From: an uncultured virus (IMG/VR IMGVR_UViG_3300029913_001576)
Taxonomy: Duplodnaviria; Heunggongvirae; Uroviricota; Caudoviricetes
Strand: one strand, 5' to 3'
Virus record (IMG/VR): IMGVR_UViG_3300029913_001576
DNA: 34,410 nt
Below the pieces are notes generated by a model. The model made no database searches. It worked only from the letters and a program-made list of their open reading frames with translations, and had not been told where the DNA came from. How positions within the stretch are numbered: position 1 is the stretch's first letter; every line of letters begins with the position of its first letter. A program made the translations under genes and the position numbers. Below are positions 17,832 to 27,550 of the stretch, one piece after another.

Positions 17832-18041
17832 ATGCCTAAAATCGGAAAAGGTAGGGCACTTATCGGAGTCACGATCCCGAAAGCTGTAATGAACTTGATT
17901 AAGGAGAGGGCGAAGCTCCTCAACATTCCCCCGAGCCGGTACGACCGCCATGTGATTGAGTCATGGGCGAAGACCTCCCCGCCAGTTGCGCCAAACGAGG
18001 AGGTTCTCCTAGATCATTTTCGCCGCCATCCCACTACTTGA
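17832..18041 (+). CDS. ribbon-helix-helix-like small DNA-binding protein
   Basis: MPKIGKGRALIGVTIPKAVMNLIKERAKLLNIPPSRY, a beta-alpha-alpha pattern. Confidence 0.6.
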   Translation: MPKIGKGRALIGVTIPKAVMNLIKERAKLLNIPPSRYDRHVIESWAKTSPPVAPNEEVLLDHFRRHPTT

Positions 18042-18516
18042 GAGGCGCTGGGACGATGGCCGCTTGAAGCGCTTTCGCCTCGACGGCGGTCTGGGCCTTA
18101 TCGAGCGAAGGATCACCCCACGGCTCGGTCTGCAACGCTTTGTAACGCCCCTGGGTTGTCACCGCGACCTTGACGATGGTGTGCGTCGGCGTGTCCTTGA
18201 TGAGGGTGACGACAGTTCGCGTGCCGGTCTGCTTCCACCCGCCAGTCACCACGATGTCGGTGGCGATGAGCCCGGCGTCGCGGTCAGCAACGACGACCGC
18301 GTTGTCGCTCAGCTTGAGCGAGCGGACGATGGCGTCGAACGTCGCGTCGTACGCGGCGGTGAACTCGATGACGCTGGCTCCCTTGACGGCGACGGGCCGG
18401 CCGGAATCTTCCAGCTCTCGGGCTTTACGCTCACTGCGGCTTTCGTCCGCTCGGGAGCTTGACAGGGTGAGCGCCAGAGCGCCCACGAGAATGAGGATAC
18501 GGGTGATGGATTTCAT
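18034..18516 (-). CDS. exported hypothetical protein
   Basis: Signal peptide MKSITRILILVGALALTLSSSRA; motif 10 nt upstream. Confidence 0.8.
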   Translation of the reverse strand: MKSITRILILVGALALTLSSSRADESRSERKARELEDSGRPVAVKGASVIEFTAAYDATFDAIVRSLKLSDNAVVVADRDAGLIATDIVVTGGWKQTGTRTVVTLIKDTPTHTIVKVAVTTQGRYKALQTEPWGDPSLDKAQTAVEAKALQAAIVPAPLK

Positions 18517-18559
18517 GGTTACCCTTCAAGATGGAGATAGCAGTTCGGGCCGACAACCC

Positions 18560-19489
18560 TCATGCAGCCATCTCCTCGACAACACGGCGAGGGAACCATC
18601 CGTACCGGCACCGCAGGCGAAGAATGGTGTTCGCTACGTTCTTTGGGCTCTTGCTGAAACGGGGGGCCATCTCGGCGTAGGTGTATCCTTCATTCCACAA
18701 CTTCCGCCACGAGGCGAACTTCGCCTCCTTTTCCACCAAGGTGCATGCCCGTTGGCGAGGGATAAACATGCCGTGGGCCTGGCGCAACTTGGTGATGCGC
18801 TGCCTGACCGTGTCGATAGCCAGCCCAACCTTGCCCGCGATCTCGACCGCGCTGAACCCCTGATCCCAGAGGCGATTCCATCTGCCGTACCGCGCGAGGA
18901 CCTCTTTCGGGGCCGGGGTGGTCTGGCGGACGGGGCGAAACTCGATGGGTGTCCCACGCAGCGGGAACCAGCCGTACCGGGCTCTTAGGTTGCTGATCGT
19001 ACACTGAACAGCGGCGGGGGTCTTGCGCACTTCCTCGGAGATTGCCCGGTAGGTCATCTGGCGAGCCCACATCTTGCGCCACGGGCCGTACTTTGCCTCA
19101 AGGCAAGTCTCCCCGTGCGCCTGGTCCCCACGGACAGGGAACCACCCGTACGACCTGCGAAGGTGGGTGATGACATCCTTCGCCTTGGTGGGCTCAACTC
19201 CCTGAGCCTGGGCGATTTCACGGACAGAACATTTTGCCGCCCAAAGATCTCGCCACTTGGCGTAACGCACCTTGGCGACCTGCTTCGCGTCAGGAATCGG
19301 AAACCAGCCATACTTCTTGCGAAGATAGGCGATACGGGACTCAACACGGTCGGCGGGCTGCCCGATGGCCTTCGCGATCTCACGAAACCTGAGGCCAGCC
19401 TCCCAGAGCGAGAACCACTTCGCGCATTCGCGCTGAGCTGCGACCTCGCCACGGGCGTAAAAGTGCTTGCTGTGCTCCGCTTTCTTCAT
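18560..19489 (-). CDS. protein of five tandem GcrA-like HTH repeats
   Basis: Five units of WxxLW..G.s..EIA...g.....V...I..LR..YGWFP.R; motif 4 nt before ATG. Confidence 0.8.
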   Translation of the reverse strand: MKKAEHSKHFYARGEVAAQRECAKWFSLWEAGLRFREIAKAIGQPADRVESRIAYLRKKYGWFPIPDAKQVAKVRYAKWRDLWAAKCSVREIAQAQGVEPTKAKDVITHLRRSYGWFPVRGDQAHGETCLEAKYGPWRKMWARQMTYRAISEEVRKTPAAVQCTISNLRARYGWFPLRGTPIEFRPVRQTTPAPKEVLARYGRWNRLWDQGFSAVEIAGKVGLAIDTVRQRITKLRQAHGMFIPRQRACTLVEKEAKFASWRKLWNEGYTYAEMAPRFSKSPKNVANTILRLRCRYGWFPRRVVEEMAA

Positions 19490-19508
19490 GCCCCAAGATG
19501 GGGCACCA

Positions 19509-19522
19509 CCCCCCCGGGGGGG
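19509..19522. promoter_or_regulatory. C7G7 palindrome, candidate operator
   Basis: CCCCCCCGGGGGGG just upstream of the motif of the HTH-repeat gene. Confidence 0.4.
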
Positions 19523-19532
19523 GCTAAACGAC

Positions 19533-19856
19533 CTACTTCTCCACCCGAGTGCAGATCCCGAAGACGCCGTTCGGCCCGATCCAACCGTTCTGATGGCCGC
19601 GGTTGTTGCCTATCAGGTAGCGCGACCCGTTCACGGCTACAACCATGTGCAAATAGTGCGCTCCATTGACCTTGCAGAGGACGATGTCGTCCTTCCGCAA
19701 GACTGTGACTCCGCTGGACAAGTCGGCTGGGGCAACCGGAGTGACCGTGCAGAGCTGCCCGGACTCAATCCTGCCAGCCATCGAATTTCCGCGTGGGCGG
19801 AACTGCACAACGCAACCCGCCCTCAAGTCAGCCATGTGCCGCGTGGCCCAGCTCAC
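19533..19856 (-). CDS. S24/S26 peptidase-like protein
   Basis: RPRGNSMAGRIESG (Ser motif), DIVLCKVNG, YLH. Confidence 0.7.
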   Translation of the reverse strand: MSWATRHMADLRAGCVVQFRPRGNSMAGRIESGQLCTVTPVAPADLSSGVTVLRKDDIVLCKVNGAHYLHMVVAVNGSRYLIGNNRGHQNGWIGPNGVFGICTRVEK

Positions 19857-19859
19857 GGC

Positions 19860-20081
19860 CTACACGCTCTGGCTGACTGCCGGACGGGCCTGGTTAGCCT
19901 TCCGGGCACTCGGCACGGACAGCGCACGCAAGCCGAAACCGTGCGGCACGAGGATAGTCCGGGCGCAATCCTCTGACCACGTGCCAGTCGCCTGGGGGTA
20001 AAGCTCCCAGAGGTGCCCGCTGTCTTTCAGCGTGGCGTACTCATGCCGGGTAAGCTGTTGAAGGGGTTTGGAGGTGCTCAT
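19860..20081 (-). CDS. small hypothetical protein
   Basis: Start MSTSKP at 20081; CCCATACTTG upstream. Confidence 0.55.
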   Translation of the reverse strand: MSTSKPLQQLTRHEYATLKDSGHLWELYPQATGTWSEDCARTILVPHGFGLRALSVPSARKANQARPAVSQSV

Positions 20082-20161
20082 GGGGTGTTTGGAGTTACTC
20101 CAAGTATGGGGAGTTGCGGCAAGAGAAGCTCCCAAATGTGCCATTTGCCTCCCGCAATCGG

Positions 20162-20554
20162 TCATTTGTAGATCGAAAGCGCGCCAAGGATCGACAGGAC
20201 CCCGAAGAACCAGAGGATCATCGAGGGGTTGGTTCCCTTCATCTTGAGGGAAGCCCCGGAAACCTCCGCTTCGCCGGCCGGCTCGCCCTCGGAAGTCTTG
20301 AAGGTCCACACTACGAGGTACGAGAGCGCACAGGACAATAGGAGCGCGAGGGGTTGCGAGAGACGCCCATTTGGGAAAAGTTTCGCATCCGTCGGGACGG
20401 GAAGAACCAGGAACACGGCCACGATGAACACAAAGATACCGCACAGGCAGGCGGTCACACTGCCGACAACCACTTGCTCGTTCAGGATCTTGCGGAAAAA
20501 GCGGCCCGAGTAGGTGCCGGACTGGCTATTCGCTGGAGAAGAGGAAGGTTCCAT
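20162..20554 (-). CDS. three-TM membrane protein
   Basis: 130 aa with three hydrophobic segments; motif 38 nt upstream. Confidence 0.7.
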   Translation of the reverse strand: MEPSSSPANSQSGTYSGRFFRKILNEQVVVGSVTACLCGIFVFIVAVFLVLPVPTDAKLFPNGRLSQPLALLLSCALSYLVVWTFKTSEGEPAGEAEVSGASLKMKGTNPSMILWFFGVLSILGALSIYK

Positions 20555-20618
20555 AGGGAAAAGGCGTTGATAGTTTACGGTTCAGGCACCTCCAAGATGG
20601 GAGGCCGAAAAAAACGAT

Positions 20619-20939
20619 CTACTGCACCCGGAAGCCAGCAGGCAACGCCCCCAGGATCTCAAGGACCACCTCGGCCGGCAGCTGCGTGAAACTCGTCTCG
20701 TCATCCCTGTCCTCATCCCTGACATGGAGGTCGCCGTCGAGCACCAGCGAAGCGTACTCGCAATGATCGGCGCACGGGTCCGGGTATTCCACCGGCTTGG
20801 TCAGATCGAGGCGGGCGATCCCCGCCGCATTCATCTTGGCCGACAGGTCGTCCACGATCCCCTGGATCGAGGCCGCGACCGTTTCTGCGGCGGCCTGTAG
20901 ATTCGAGACATGGTTGGCTACGGAAGTCATGGCGTTCAT
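20619..20939 (-). CDS. acidic hypothetical protein
   Basis: 106 aa, ACC-ATG start. Confidence 0.7.
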   Translation of the reverse strand: MNAMTSVANHVSNLQAAAETVAASIQGIVDDLSAKMNAAGIARLDLTKPVEYPDPCADHCEYASLVLDGDLHVRDEDRDDETSFTQLPAEVVLEILGALPAGFRVQ

Positions 20940-20945
20940 GGTGGG

Positions 20946-21374
20946 TCAAAAGCGTGGTAGGCGTATCTTGAGCGGGGGAGGAACCGCTCCGGGCAGCGAT
21001 AGGACTGAACCTGCCGGCAGCCCATAGGTCCTCTTGTCAGCAAGCCTCACGGCCTTGATGGGGAACTTCTCGCTCTTGGGGTAGAATCCCACCACCTCGT
21101 ACTCAAGGGCCTCGTGGACGATATGCGCCTTAAAGTGCTCAGGCTTGAGCCCGTGATCCCCTGCATCCCGCTCAAACTCGAACTGATCCCTGGGCTTTCC
21201 ACCGACAACGGGCAGGGAAAAACTGCCCTTGATTGCGAAAGTGCCGTTGTCGGCGTTGTAGATCCCCTTGGCGGGATTCCACACCAGTCCGTGCTCTGCG
21301 GCGATGGTCTTGAGCGCACAGTCGGCCTGCAAATGGAGCAGCTTTGCTGCGGCCTCGTCGATTACGGTCATCAT
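20946..21374 (-). CDS. hypothetical protein
   Basis: 142 aa, CCC-ATG start. Confidence 0.7.
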   Translation of the reverse strand: MMTVIDEAAAKLLHLQADCALKTIAAEHGLVWNPAKGIYNADNGTFAIKGSFSLPVVGGKPRDQFEFERDAGDHGLKPEHFKAHIVHEALEYEVVGFYPKSEKFPIKAVRLADKRTYGLPAGSVLSLPGAVPPPLKIRLPRF

Positions 21375-21398
21375 GGGAGTAGAGCGTCGGGAAAAACT

Positions 21399-21821
21399 CT
21401 AGGCGTGGCCTCCGGTAGCATGCCACCGCTTGCCGTCGTGCCGCCAGACCGTGATCCCGCTCGCCCCCGGCGACCGGAAGTCGAACACGACCTCGATCTC
21501 CTTAATGTCGTGAGCCTGGAATACACCCCCGGAAAAGTAGTCGTAGACTATCCGCAGCAGATTTAACTGCCCACGGTGGGTCGGCGCAGTGGCCTTCGCA
21601 TGTTTTTCTTGAAACAGCACCTCCTCGCGCGCCTTCTCGATGCCAACCGCTCGCTTCGCGATCTTGTGGATGCGCCCCAGGGCAATGGTCGAAAACGCGT
21701 GGTCCGAGTGTCCGCCACGGGACTCAGCCTCGATCTTCTGAAGGGCAGCGAGGGGGCTAGGCAGAACGCGGGTGCGAAAACTGCGATGCTGGACGGTAAA
21801 AACCAGGGTTCCGGTTAGCAT
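21399..21821 (-). CDS. hypothetical protein
   Basis: Start MLTGTL at 21821, motif 32 nt upstream. Confidence 0.6.
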   Translation of the reverse strand: MLTGTLVFTVQHRSFRTRVLPSPLAALQKIEAESRGGHSDHAFSTIALGRIHKIAKRAVGIEKAREEVLFQEKHAKATAPTHRGQLNLLRIVYDYFSGGVFQAHDIKEIEVVFDFRSPGASGITVWRHDGKRWHATGGHA

Positions 21822-21864
21822 GAGAAGAATGGGTTCACCAAGGCGGCCCGTTACAAGATGGAAA

Positions 21865-22491
21865 TCATACGGAGGTGAGACGTGCCTCGGATTCTGCGGG
21901 GGTGAAGGAGAGCCCAAAGTAGAGGACCCGCTTGACGGTTGTCTCGACTACCCGTCCCCCTTTGCCCGCGGTCGCGCGGAGGACGCACCATGAATGCTGC
22001 CGCCACATGCCGTCTTCCGAAAGGGCGTAGCCGGTAGCTGCCGCGACCCGGTCCCGGTTGGCGTCCCAGCACCAAAGGCTGTTGCTGTGGCACGAACAAG
22101 GCTCACCGCGCTTCAGGGTGACGCCGCGCCCCATCCAGAACTCACCATAGCGTTCGATCAGGTCGATGTCCTCCTCGATTGACGGGAGGCAAACTTCGTC
22201 TCCGGCCACGGCAAGGAGCGCGTCCCGAAACGCCAGGAGACGGGTGATTCGGATTCGAGCCGCCTCAGGCGTCTCTGCTGCAACTTGTCCTCCTGTAAAG
22301 GGGTCCTTGCATGCCCGTGCCCAAAAACGATTGGTCTTCGCGAGCGTGGCCAACCACTCCGCTCCTATCGGGTTCCACACAGGCACATAGGGAAAGTCTG
22401 AAAGCCCGAGCAACGGGCGACCTTTCCTGTACGAGTAATCGAGGGTCCCACGCTCGCGGATTCCCGCAACCTTGTCCGAACTGGGCCTCAT
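21865..22491 (-). CDS. hypothetical protein, possible Cys-His (transglutaminase/papain-like) enzyme
   Basis: CHSNS...TGYALSEDGMWRQHSWC...ETT...YFG; ATGA overlap with the upstream gene. Confidence 0.65.
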   Translation of the reverse strand: MRPSSDKVAGIRERGTLDYSYRKGRPLLGLSDFPYVPVWNPIGAEWLATLAKTNRFWARACKDPFTGGQVAAETPEAARIRITRLLAFRDALLAVAGDEVCLPSIEEDIDLIERYGEFWMGRGVTLKRGEPCSCHSNSLWCWDANRDRVAAATGYALSEDGMWRQHSWCVLRATAGKGGRVVETTVKRVLYFGLSFTPAESEARLTSV

Positions 22492-22775
22492 GAGGCCCCC
22501 TCACTGTCGAACGCCGCCTGGAGTGTCTCGTAGTATCTGTGGTTCAGGTACCGAACCCCAACGACAGCGCCGCCGCTCACAAGGTCGGCGCATGCCCACC
22601 CCATAGAGCAGAACCAAAGCAGCTTCCCCGCTTTCTTGAACTGGATCGGTGCCGCGGGCACATCCTTGTCCCTGTCCTGCCAGTGCAACTTCTCCTCCCA
22701 GCCAAGGCGTTTTGCCTCGGCACGCAGACGAATGTCCTCGCGGCGGGTTTCGACCGATTCAGATACGGGGGGCAT
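22488..22775 (-). CDS. hypothetical protein
   Basis: Start MPPVSE at 22775, motif 4 nt upstream. Confidence 0.65.
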   Translation of the reverse strand: MPPVSESVETRREDIRLRAEAKRLGWEEKLHWQDRDKDVPAAPIQFKKAGKLLWFCSMGWACADLVSGGAVVGVRYLNHRYYETLQAAFDSEGAS

Positions 22776-22797
22776 GGTGCAAGATGGGGCAGTCGGT

Positions 22798-24576
22798 TCA
22801 GGCCGGGATCTGGGCACACTCGGCCTCGTCGAACTCCATGACCCCGATATTCGGGTTCTGGGAGATGGCCGCCTTGACCACCGCGCGGGCAAGGGCGGGA
22901 GGGACGGCATTACCAATCATCTTCACATTCTCCGTGGAGGTGCCGCCGAACTCATAACTCTCGGCAAAACTCTGAGCGGTCGCCAGCTCGCGCCAGTTGA
23001 GCATCCGGAATCGCACTTCGAGGCGAAACACCGCCCCGCAGTAGGAGATCAACGGGCGGTAGCCGGGCTCGCTCTTGCACCGGGCGATTCCCGCCTTAAT
23101 CGCAGCGGATAGTTCGCGCCAATTGTGGACTTCAACTGGGACCTCGCCTTCGGCCTTGCCAGAAACGACGCCACTGATGAGAGACAGGCTGTTGGAACCG
23201 GTCACGGTATCCATCGGCTGGTCAAGACTCTTGGCTCGCCGGTTGTTGGCATCGTCGCCCTCGGGGCCGTTGCCGTGGTTTGTGACCACGAGGAAGGGGG
23301 TGAATGCTGTGGACCGGACGCCTGCCTGGGGGGTATCCGGCAGGGCAAAGACGCTGGCAACGCCCCTGTGATTCTCGCCGATGACCGTCCCTAGGGGGGC
23401 GGTGGTGGGCTGAGCCCGTGCGCTACCGGTCGGGCCACCTACCCCGACGATCATGCTGGCAGGGGCCTCGCCCTTCGCACCGAGGACCTCGGGGCTCATG
23501 AGCCCGTAGTGAAGGCCGTTGGCCTGGACCGTGCCGAGGGGGTCATCGACCGAGTTTGCCGTACCGGTGCCCTTAAGCTTCACGACCGCAGCCTTGAGCC
23601 CAAATTTGATGAGCCCGACGGCAACGCGGTCGATGGTCTTGTCCGCAAGGTTCTTCTTGCGGGTGAATATCGACGTGCCGATGTCAGACCAGTCGATGCA
23701 CTCGCGGGCTGTGCGCCACGGAACCAATCCGAAGGGGATATGGCCGAACTCGTCCAGCTCTGCATGCGTGGGGTTCGGCCAGACAAGCTTCAGTCCGGTG
23801 GAGCGACGGACGGCGTGCAGGATCAACCGGAGCCGCTTCGTCGGTGCGCCGTAATCGGCGGCGTTCAAGACCCTCCACTCGACATCGTACCCCAGGCGGC
23901 GAATTGCCCGGACCCACTTTTTGAAGTAGAGGCCCTTGCCTTTGGGGTCCTGAATCATTGCAGGCTTGAGCCCGTATTCCGTCTCGACCTGCGCGAGCCA
24001 GCGGCGCGTCGAAACACCGACGGGCTTCTTCTCCGGGCTCGGAACCTCACGCCAATGCCCCTTCGTATCCTTCTGGAGAAAGACGAAGCCGCCGTCCTTC
24101 CCGCGCTTCTGCATGAGGGGACCGTAGTCGAGAAACGCCTTTACGTTCTCCACCCACAGGAAAATCGGGCGGCGAGTCCGCATCCACTTAACCACGGCCC
24201 AACAACCACTTCTGTCTTGGGGGTTCAGAGGGACAGCGCCCCTTGCCTCGGAGAAGGTCACGCAAGACGGACTGGCCAACAGGCCGTAAATCCCATCGCT
24301 GTCGGATTCGGAAAGGAGGTCTTCAATATCGACCCTGTCAACGCCCGTACAAAAATGGAGATCGCCCTTGTGGTTCCGCTCGTGAGTCGCGATGGCGCAG
24401 TCCCAGTGATTCACCGCGGCAAGCTGGATTGTGATTCCCATCTCGCGCATGGCGATCCGGACGCCGCTTGACGTGCCGCCACCTCCCGCGAACAAATCCA
24501 CAAACGGCAGGATGCCCTTGCGGAACCGCTTCGCAGCGTCGGCCCCTACAAAGTCGAAAAACGCTTGCGGTGTCAT
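22798..24576 (-). CDS. dcm: DNA (cytosine-5)-methyltransferase
   Basis: Motif I DLFAGGGG, IV SPSC, VI ENV, VIII RLRL, X IGNAVPP. Confidence 0.92.
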   Translation of the reverse strand: MTPQAFFDFVGADAAKRFRKGILPFVDLFAGGGGTSSGVRIAMREMGITIQLAAVNHWDCAIATHERNHKGDLHFCTGVDRVDIEDLLSESDSDGIYGLLASPSCVTFSEARGAVPLNPQDRSGCWAVVKWMRTRRPIFLWVENVKAFLDYGPLMQKRGKDGGFVFLQKDTKGHWREVPSPEKKPVGVSTRRWLAQVETEYGLKPAMIQDPKGKGLYFKKWVRAIRRLGYDVEWRVLNAADYGAPTKRLRLILHAVRRSTGLKLVWPNPTHAELDEFGHIPFGLVPWRTARECIDWSDIGTSIFTRKKNLADKTIDRVAVGLIKFGLKAAVVKLKGTGTANSVDDPLGTVQANGLHYGLMSPEVLGAKGEAPASMIVGVGGPTGSARAQPTTAPLGTVIGENHRGVASVFALPDTPQAGVRSTAFTPFLVVTNHGNGPEGDDANNRRAKSLDQPMDTVTGSNSLSLISGVVSGKAEGEVPVEVHNWRELSAAIKAGIARCKSEPGYRPLISYCGAVFRLEVRFRMLNWRELATAQSFAESYEFGGTSTENVKMIGNAVPPALARAVVKAAISQNPNIGVMEFDEAECAQIPA

Positions 24577-24597
24577 AGCGCAAGATGGCGAGCTAGC

Positions 24598-26643
24598 TCA
24601 GATGGCACAGGCCCCACCGGCGCAGGCGCTCTCCTGCTTGTGGGTAGTTGAGTCCTCTGCCTCCTCCAGTGCTGTGAAATCCACGGTCCGGAAGCGCAAC
24701 CGCACCTGGTGCCACCGGGCAAGATCCTCGGGCGTGACGGCTGCCTCGCGGGGGGCCTGCGCGTAGTCCCTGTCCCCGGTAGCGGCTAGGAGCGCCACGC
24801 CCGTGAAAGTGCTTCGGTTGGCCCAGATGAAGTCGGCCACAGCGCTCCACTCGTCGGCGACCACGTTGATGGTGTTCGAGACATTGTGGTGAAGGCCCGG
24901 CGAGTATGTTTCGTTCGCGCGGCCAGCCATGACCCAGTGGCGCTGTACCAGCGACACGAGTTCGAGATGCTTTAGCGCTGTCAGATCCTCGCGGAATATC
25001 CCGTGCTCAGGTCCCTCGACAGCGAAGATCATGACGGCGGTCGCGCCGGACTTGTCATAGACCGAGTCCTCGACAAGGGACGGGTTCGCAGCCGCCCAGT
25101 GCTGAAACAGCGGATCGAGCTTGTTCGCCTGAACACGCCTGAAATAGCGCCGGGAGTGGTGGGGGCCGATGCCCGAACCGGAGTTTGTCAGCAGGCCCGT
25201 ATTTCCGTCGGGCTTCACGCAGGTGACGCGCGCCGCGGCATTGATCCCGATTGCCGCAGCGACGGCGGCGTTCACCTGGCGGGTGATCGCGGCTCCGTGT
25301 TCGAGCACCGCCGGGGTCAGGAGGACCTCGGGATTGTCAAGGATACCTCCGATAGACACACCCAGGAGCGCCTCGTTCTCGGTGATAAGCCGAGACACGG
25401 GGGATAGGTATTTGAAGTTCGTGTAGGCCGCTTGCAGCGTCCCGATGAGGGCCGCATGGGCGCACTGCTGGTAGAACTTCGCCGGAGTGGAGGAAAGGCG
25501 GCCAACTACCGACGACAGGTTGCAGGTTTGCCAACCGGTAAGGACCTGGCCTTCGAACAGGTCGCCCTTGTAACCGTACGCGCGTAGCTTCTCGGCAACG
25601 TCACCCATGACTGTCAGCCGGGGGTTCAGCCCAATCTCGACGCAAGGGTTGGAACCGTAGTCCGGATCGTCTGCGAAGTAGAACCCGGGCTCTCCGAACT
25701 CCTTCTGAGCGGTGAACAGGGCATCGAACTGGTCCCGGGTCGTCGTTCCGCGGATCAGGACCGCCGAATTGTTGGACGCTGAACGCTGGGGGTTCGTCTC
25801 GAACCAATTACCGGTCTTGGCATTCATCATCTCGGCATCGTCTGCCGAGAACAGGCAAATGGTCGCGCTCCTGCGGATGCCGCCCGAAAGGACCGCCTTG
25901 GCGCTGAACATGACGATGTCGTACGCCTCGACCGTGCGAAGCTGGCGACCGGCAGCCCCCATCAAGACGGTCCGGATGCTGTCCAGAGCAACCCGAAGGG
26001 GCTCCGGCCCGGGAGCCTTGCCGCCGGAGGCCTTCAGGGGCTCACCGGCAGGACGAATCATCGAGTAATCGAAGAACATCGTCCGCCCGCCCACGTGAGC
26101 GTAAACGAGAGCTTTCAGTGCATCAGCCCAACCCTCTATGGTGTCTGCCACGACATGCGTCTCGGGACTGGTAACGGACCAGTCGTCGAGTGCGGCCAGG
26201 GGAGGAAGCTTGGCCACATGCGCCTTCTGCACGGAGAAGCCAACCCCGCACCCGCAGAGCAGCAGCCAGAACGCCTCGTTGAAAAAGTCCAGACGGTCGC
26301 AATACGAGAACGAACAGTTGTATATCCGCGCGTTATTGCGAAGGACCGCTTTCCCGCCAAATTGCAACGAGCGCATCGAGGGTAGCACCTCCATCTTCGC
26401 AACCGCAGAGAATGCCGAACGGATAGCCGCATGAAGGCTGGTGGGAAGCCCCGCAACCGCGCCAATGTTGGCGTCAGGAAACCGAGACAGGTGCATGTCC
26501 TCTACCCGGGCGGCGGCCTCAGACCAGACCTCTCGCCTGCCCAGTGCCTCAGAATACCGCGCATACTTGCTCGCCGCTATGTATTCACTGAGCCCGCAAT
26601 CGCCGGAGGAAGTTGCGCAAGAGGAGGAATGATCGTTGTTCAT
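24598..26643 (-). CDS. nrdJ: adenosylcobalamin-dependent (class II, RTPR-type) ribonucleotide reductase
   Basis: PSMRSLQFGG, YNCSF, GCGVGFSV, GGIRRSA, NPCVEI, TCVKPDG and C-terminal CAGGAC; start moved to ATG 26643 (motif 7 nt upstream). Confidence 0.92.
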   Translation of the reverse strand: MNNDHSSSCATSSGDCGLSEYIAASKYARYSEALGRREVWSEAAARVEDMHLSRFPDANIGAVAGLPTSLHAAIRSAFSAVAKMEVLPSMRSLQFGGKAVLRNNARIYNCSFSYCDRLDFFNEAFWLLLCGCGVGFSVQKAHVAKLPPLAALDDWSVTSPETHVVADTIEGWADALKALVYAHVGGRTMFFDYSMIRPAGEPLKASGGKAPGPEPLRVALDSIRTVLMGAAGRQLRTVEAYDIVMFSAKAVLSGGIRRSATICLFSADDAEMMNAKTGNWFETNPQRSASNNSAVLIRGTTTRDQFDALFTAQKEFGEPGFYFADDPDYGSNPCVEIGLNPRLTVMGDVAEKLRAYGYKGDLFEGQVLTGWQTCNLSSVVGRLSSTPAKFYQQCAHAALIGTLQAAYTNFKYLSPVSRLITENEALLGVSIGGILDNPEVLLTPAVLEHGAAITRQVNAAVAAAIGINAAARVTCVKPDGNTGLLTNSGSGIGPHHSRRYFRRVQANKLDPLFQHWAAANPSLVEDSVYDKSGATAVMIFAVEGPEHGIFREDLTALKHLELVSLVQRHWVMAGRANETYSPGLHHNVSNTINVVADEWSAVADFIWANRSTFTGVALLAATGDRDYAQAPREAAVTPEDLARWHQVRLRFRTVDFTALEEAEDSTTHKQESACAGGACAI

Positions 26644-26693
26644 GGAAAAACAAGATGGGGCCGCTGGTCGAGGGTGTTGCCCGGGGCGAGCCA

Positions 26694-27155
26694 TTACCCG
26701 AGAGGCATGAATCCGCCGTTGCGGGCGACCAAAGCCTCGTCGTACATCGACTCGAAGGCGGACTGGAGGGCGTCGTCATAGACACCAACCGAGGAGTCGA
26801 TCAGGCCGGCCTTTCCGGTTCCGGCGAAGTTCTGAGCCCAAAGCCAAACCGAATAGGTGTCGTTCCCGTCGTACGAAACCGCCATGAGCCACTTTTCGCC
26901 CGGCTTGCCGTTCACCGGCACGACGATGCCGACCGTGAAGTCGAGGGCGGGGGCATTCCCGTCCACCCACTTTGCGGTCGATCCGCGGCACTCCGAGTCA
27001 AGGTCGTGATCGGGGTGCCGAAACAAGCCCTGGTGCATCTCGGCCCCGACATAGACCAGCGCCCCGCGCAGCTCTTGGGCTCGCAGGTGAGAGAGGAGGA
27101 CCGCAATCGTGTGAGGCTTCTTGGCGGTACCGGCGAAGGGGGCGATTAAGGGCAT
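26694..27155 (-). CDS. hypothetical protein
   Basis: 153 aa; motif 4 nt before ATG. Confidence 0.75.
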   Translation of the reverse strand: MPLIAPFAGTAKKPHTIAVLLSHLRAQELRGALVYVGAEMHQGLFRHPDHDLDSECRGSTAKWVDGNAPALDFTVGIVVPVNGKPGEKWLMAVSYDGNDTYSVWLWAQNFAGTGKAGLIDSSVGVYDDALQSAFESMYDEALVARNGGFMPLG

Positions 27156-27220
27156 ACATCAAGATGGCGGCCCAAACTGCATCGTCCGGCGGGTGCCCCC
27201 CATAATTGTAAAAGAAGCAC

Positions 27221-27550
27221 ATGTTCAAACCCGGCGACAAAGTCATCTGCATCGACAACACTGTTTCCGAACTCGCTCGGAAGTATGGATTTGCCCATAG
27301 TCTTGAGCTGGGGACGATCTACTGCGTTCGAGAGAGCTGGAAGGAGGAGCGCCAAGGCCAGGCGGCGACCACTGAGTTGGTGGTTCTGGTTGGGCAGCGC
27401 CCCATGCCAAAAGTAACGCGCACTGACGGGAGCAAGCCCGCCCGGATGGGCTGGCGAGCTACTCGCTTCAGCCTCATTTATCGCTGGGCTCCCCCTCCGA
27501 CGCAGCCCAAGGGCAAGCGCGGCCGCCTCAAGCCCGGTCAGAACGCTTAG
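27221..27550 (+). CDS. hypothetical protein (MFKPGDKVICID, SH3-like N-terminus)
   Basis: 109 aa; CCCATAATTG 12 nt upstream. Confidence 0.7.
   Translation: MFKPGDKVICIDNTVSELARKYGFAHSLELGTIYCVRESWKEERQGQAATTELVVLVGQRPMPKVTRTDGSKPARMGWRATRFSLIYRWAPPPTQPKGKRGRLKPGQNA

Noticed and set aside
23509..24471. Long plus-strand ORFs antisense to real genes (also 874..1602, 7104..7892, 18170..18988)
   Set aside because: Shadow ORFs expected in GC-rich DNA; no recognisable motifs and fully overlapping better-supported genes.
24581..24589. CAAGATGGC matches the eukaryotic YY1 binding consensus
   Set aside because: Gene content and organisation are prokaryotic and intronless; treated as coincidence.
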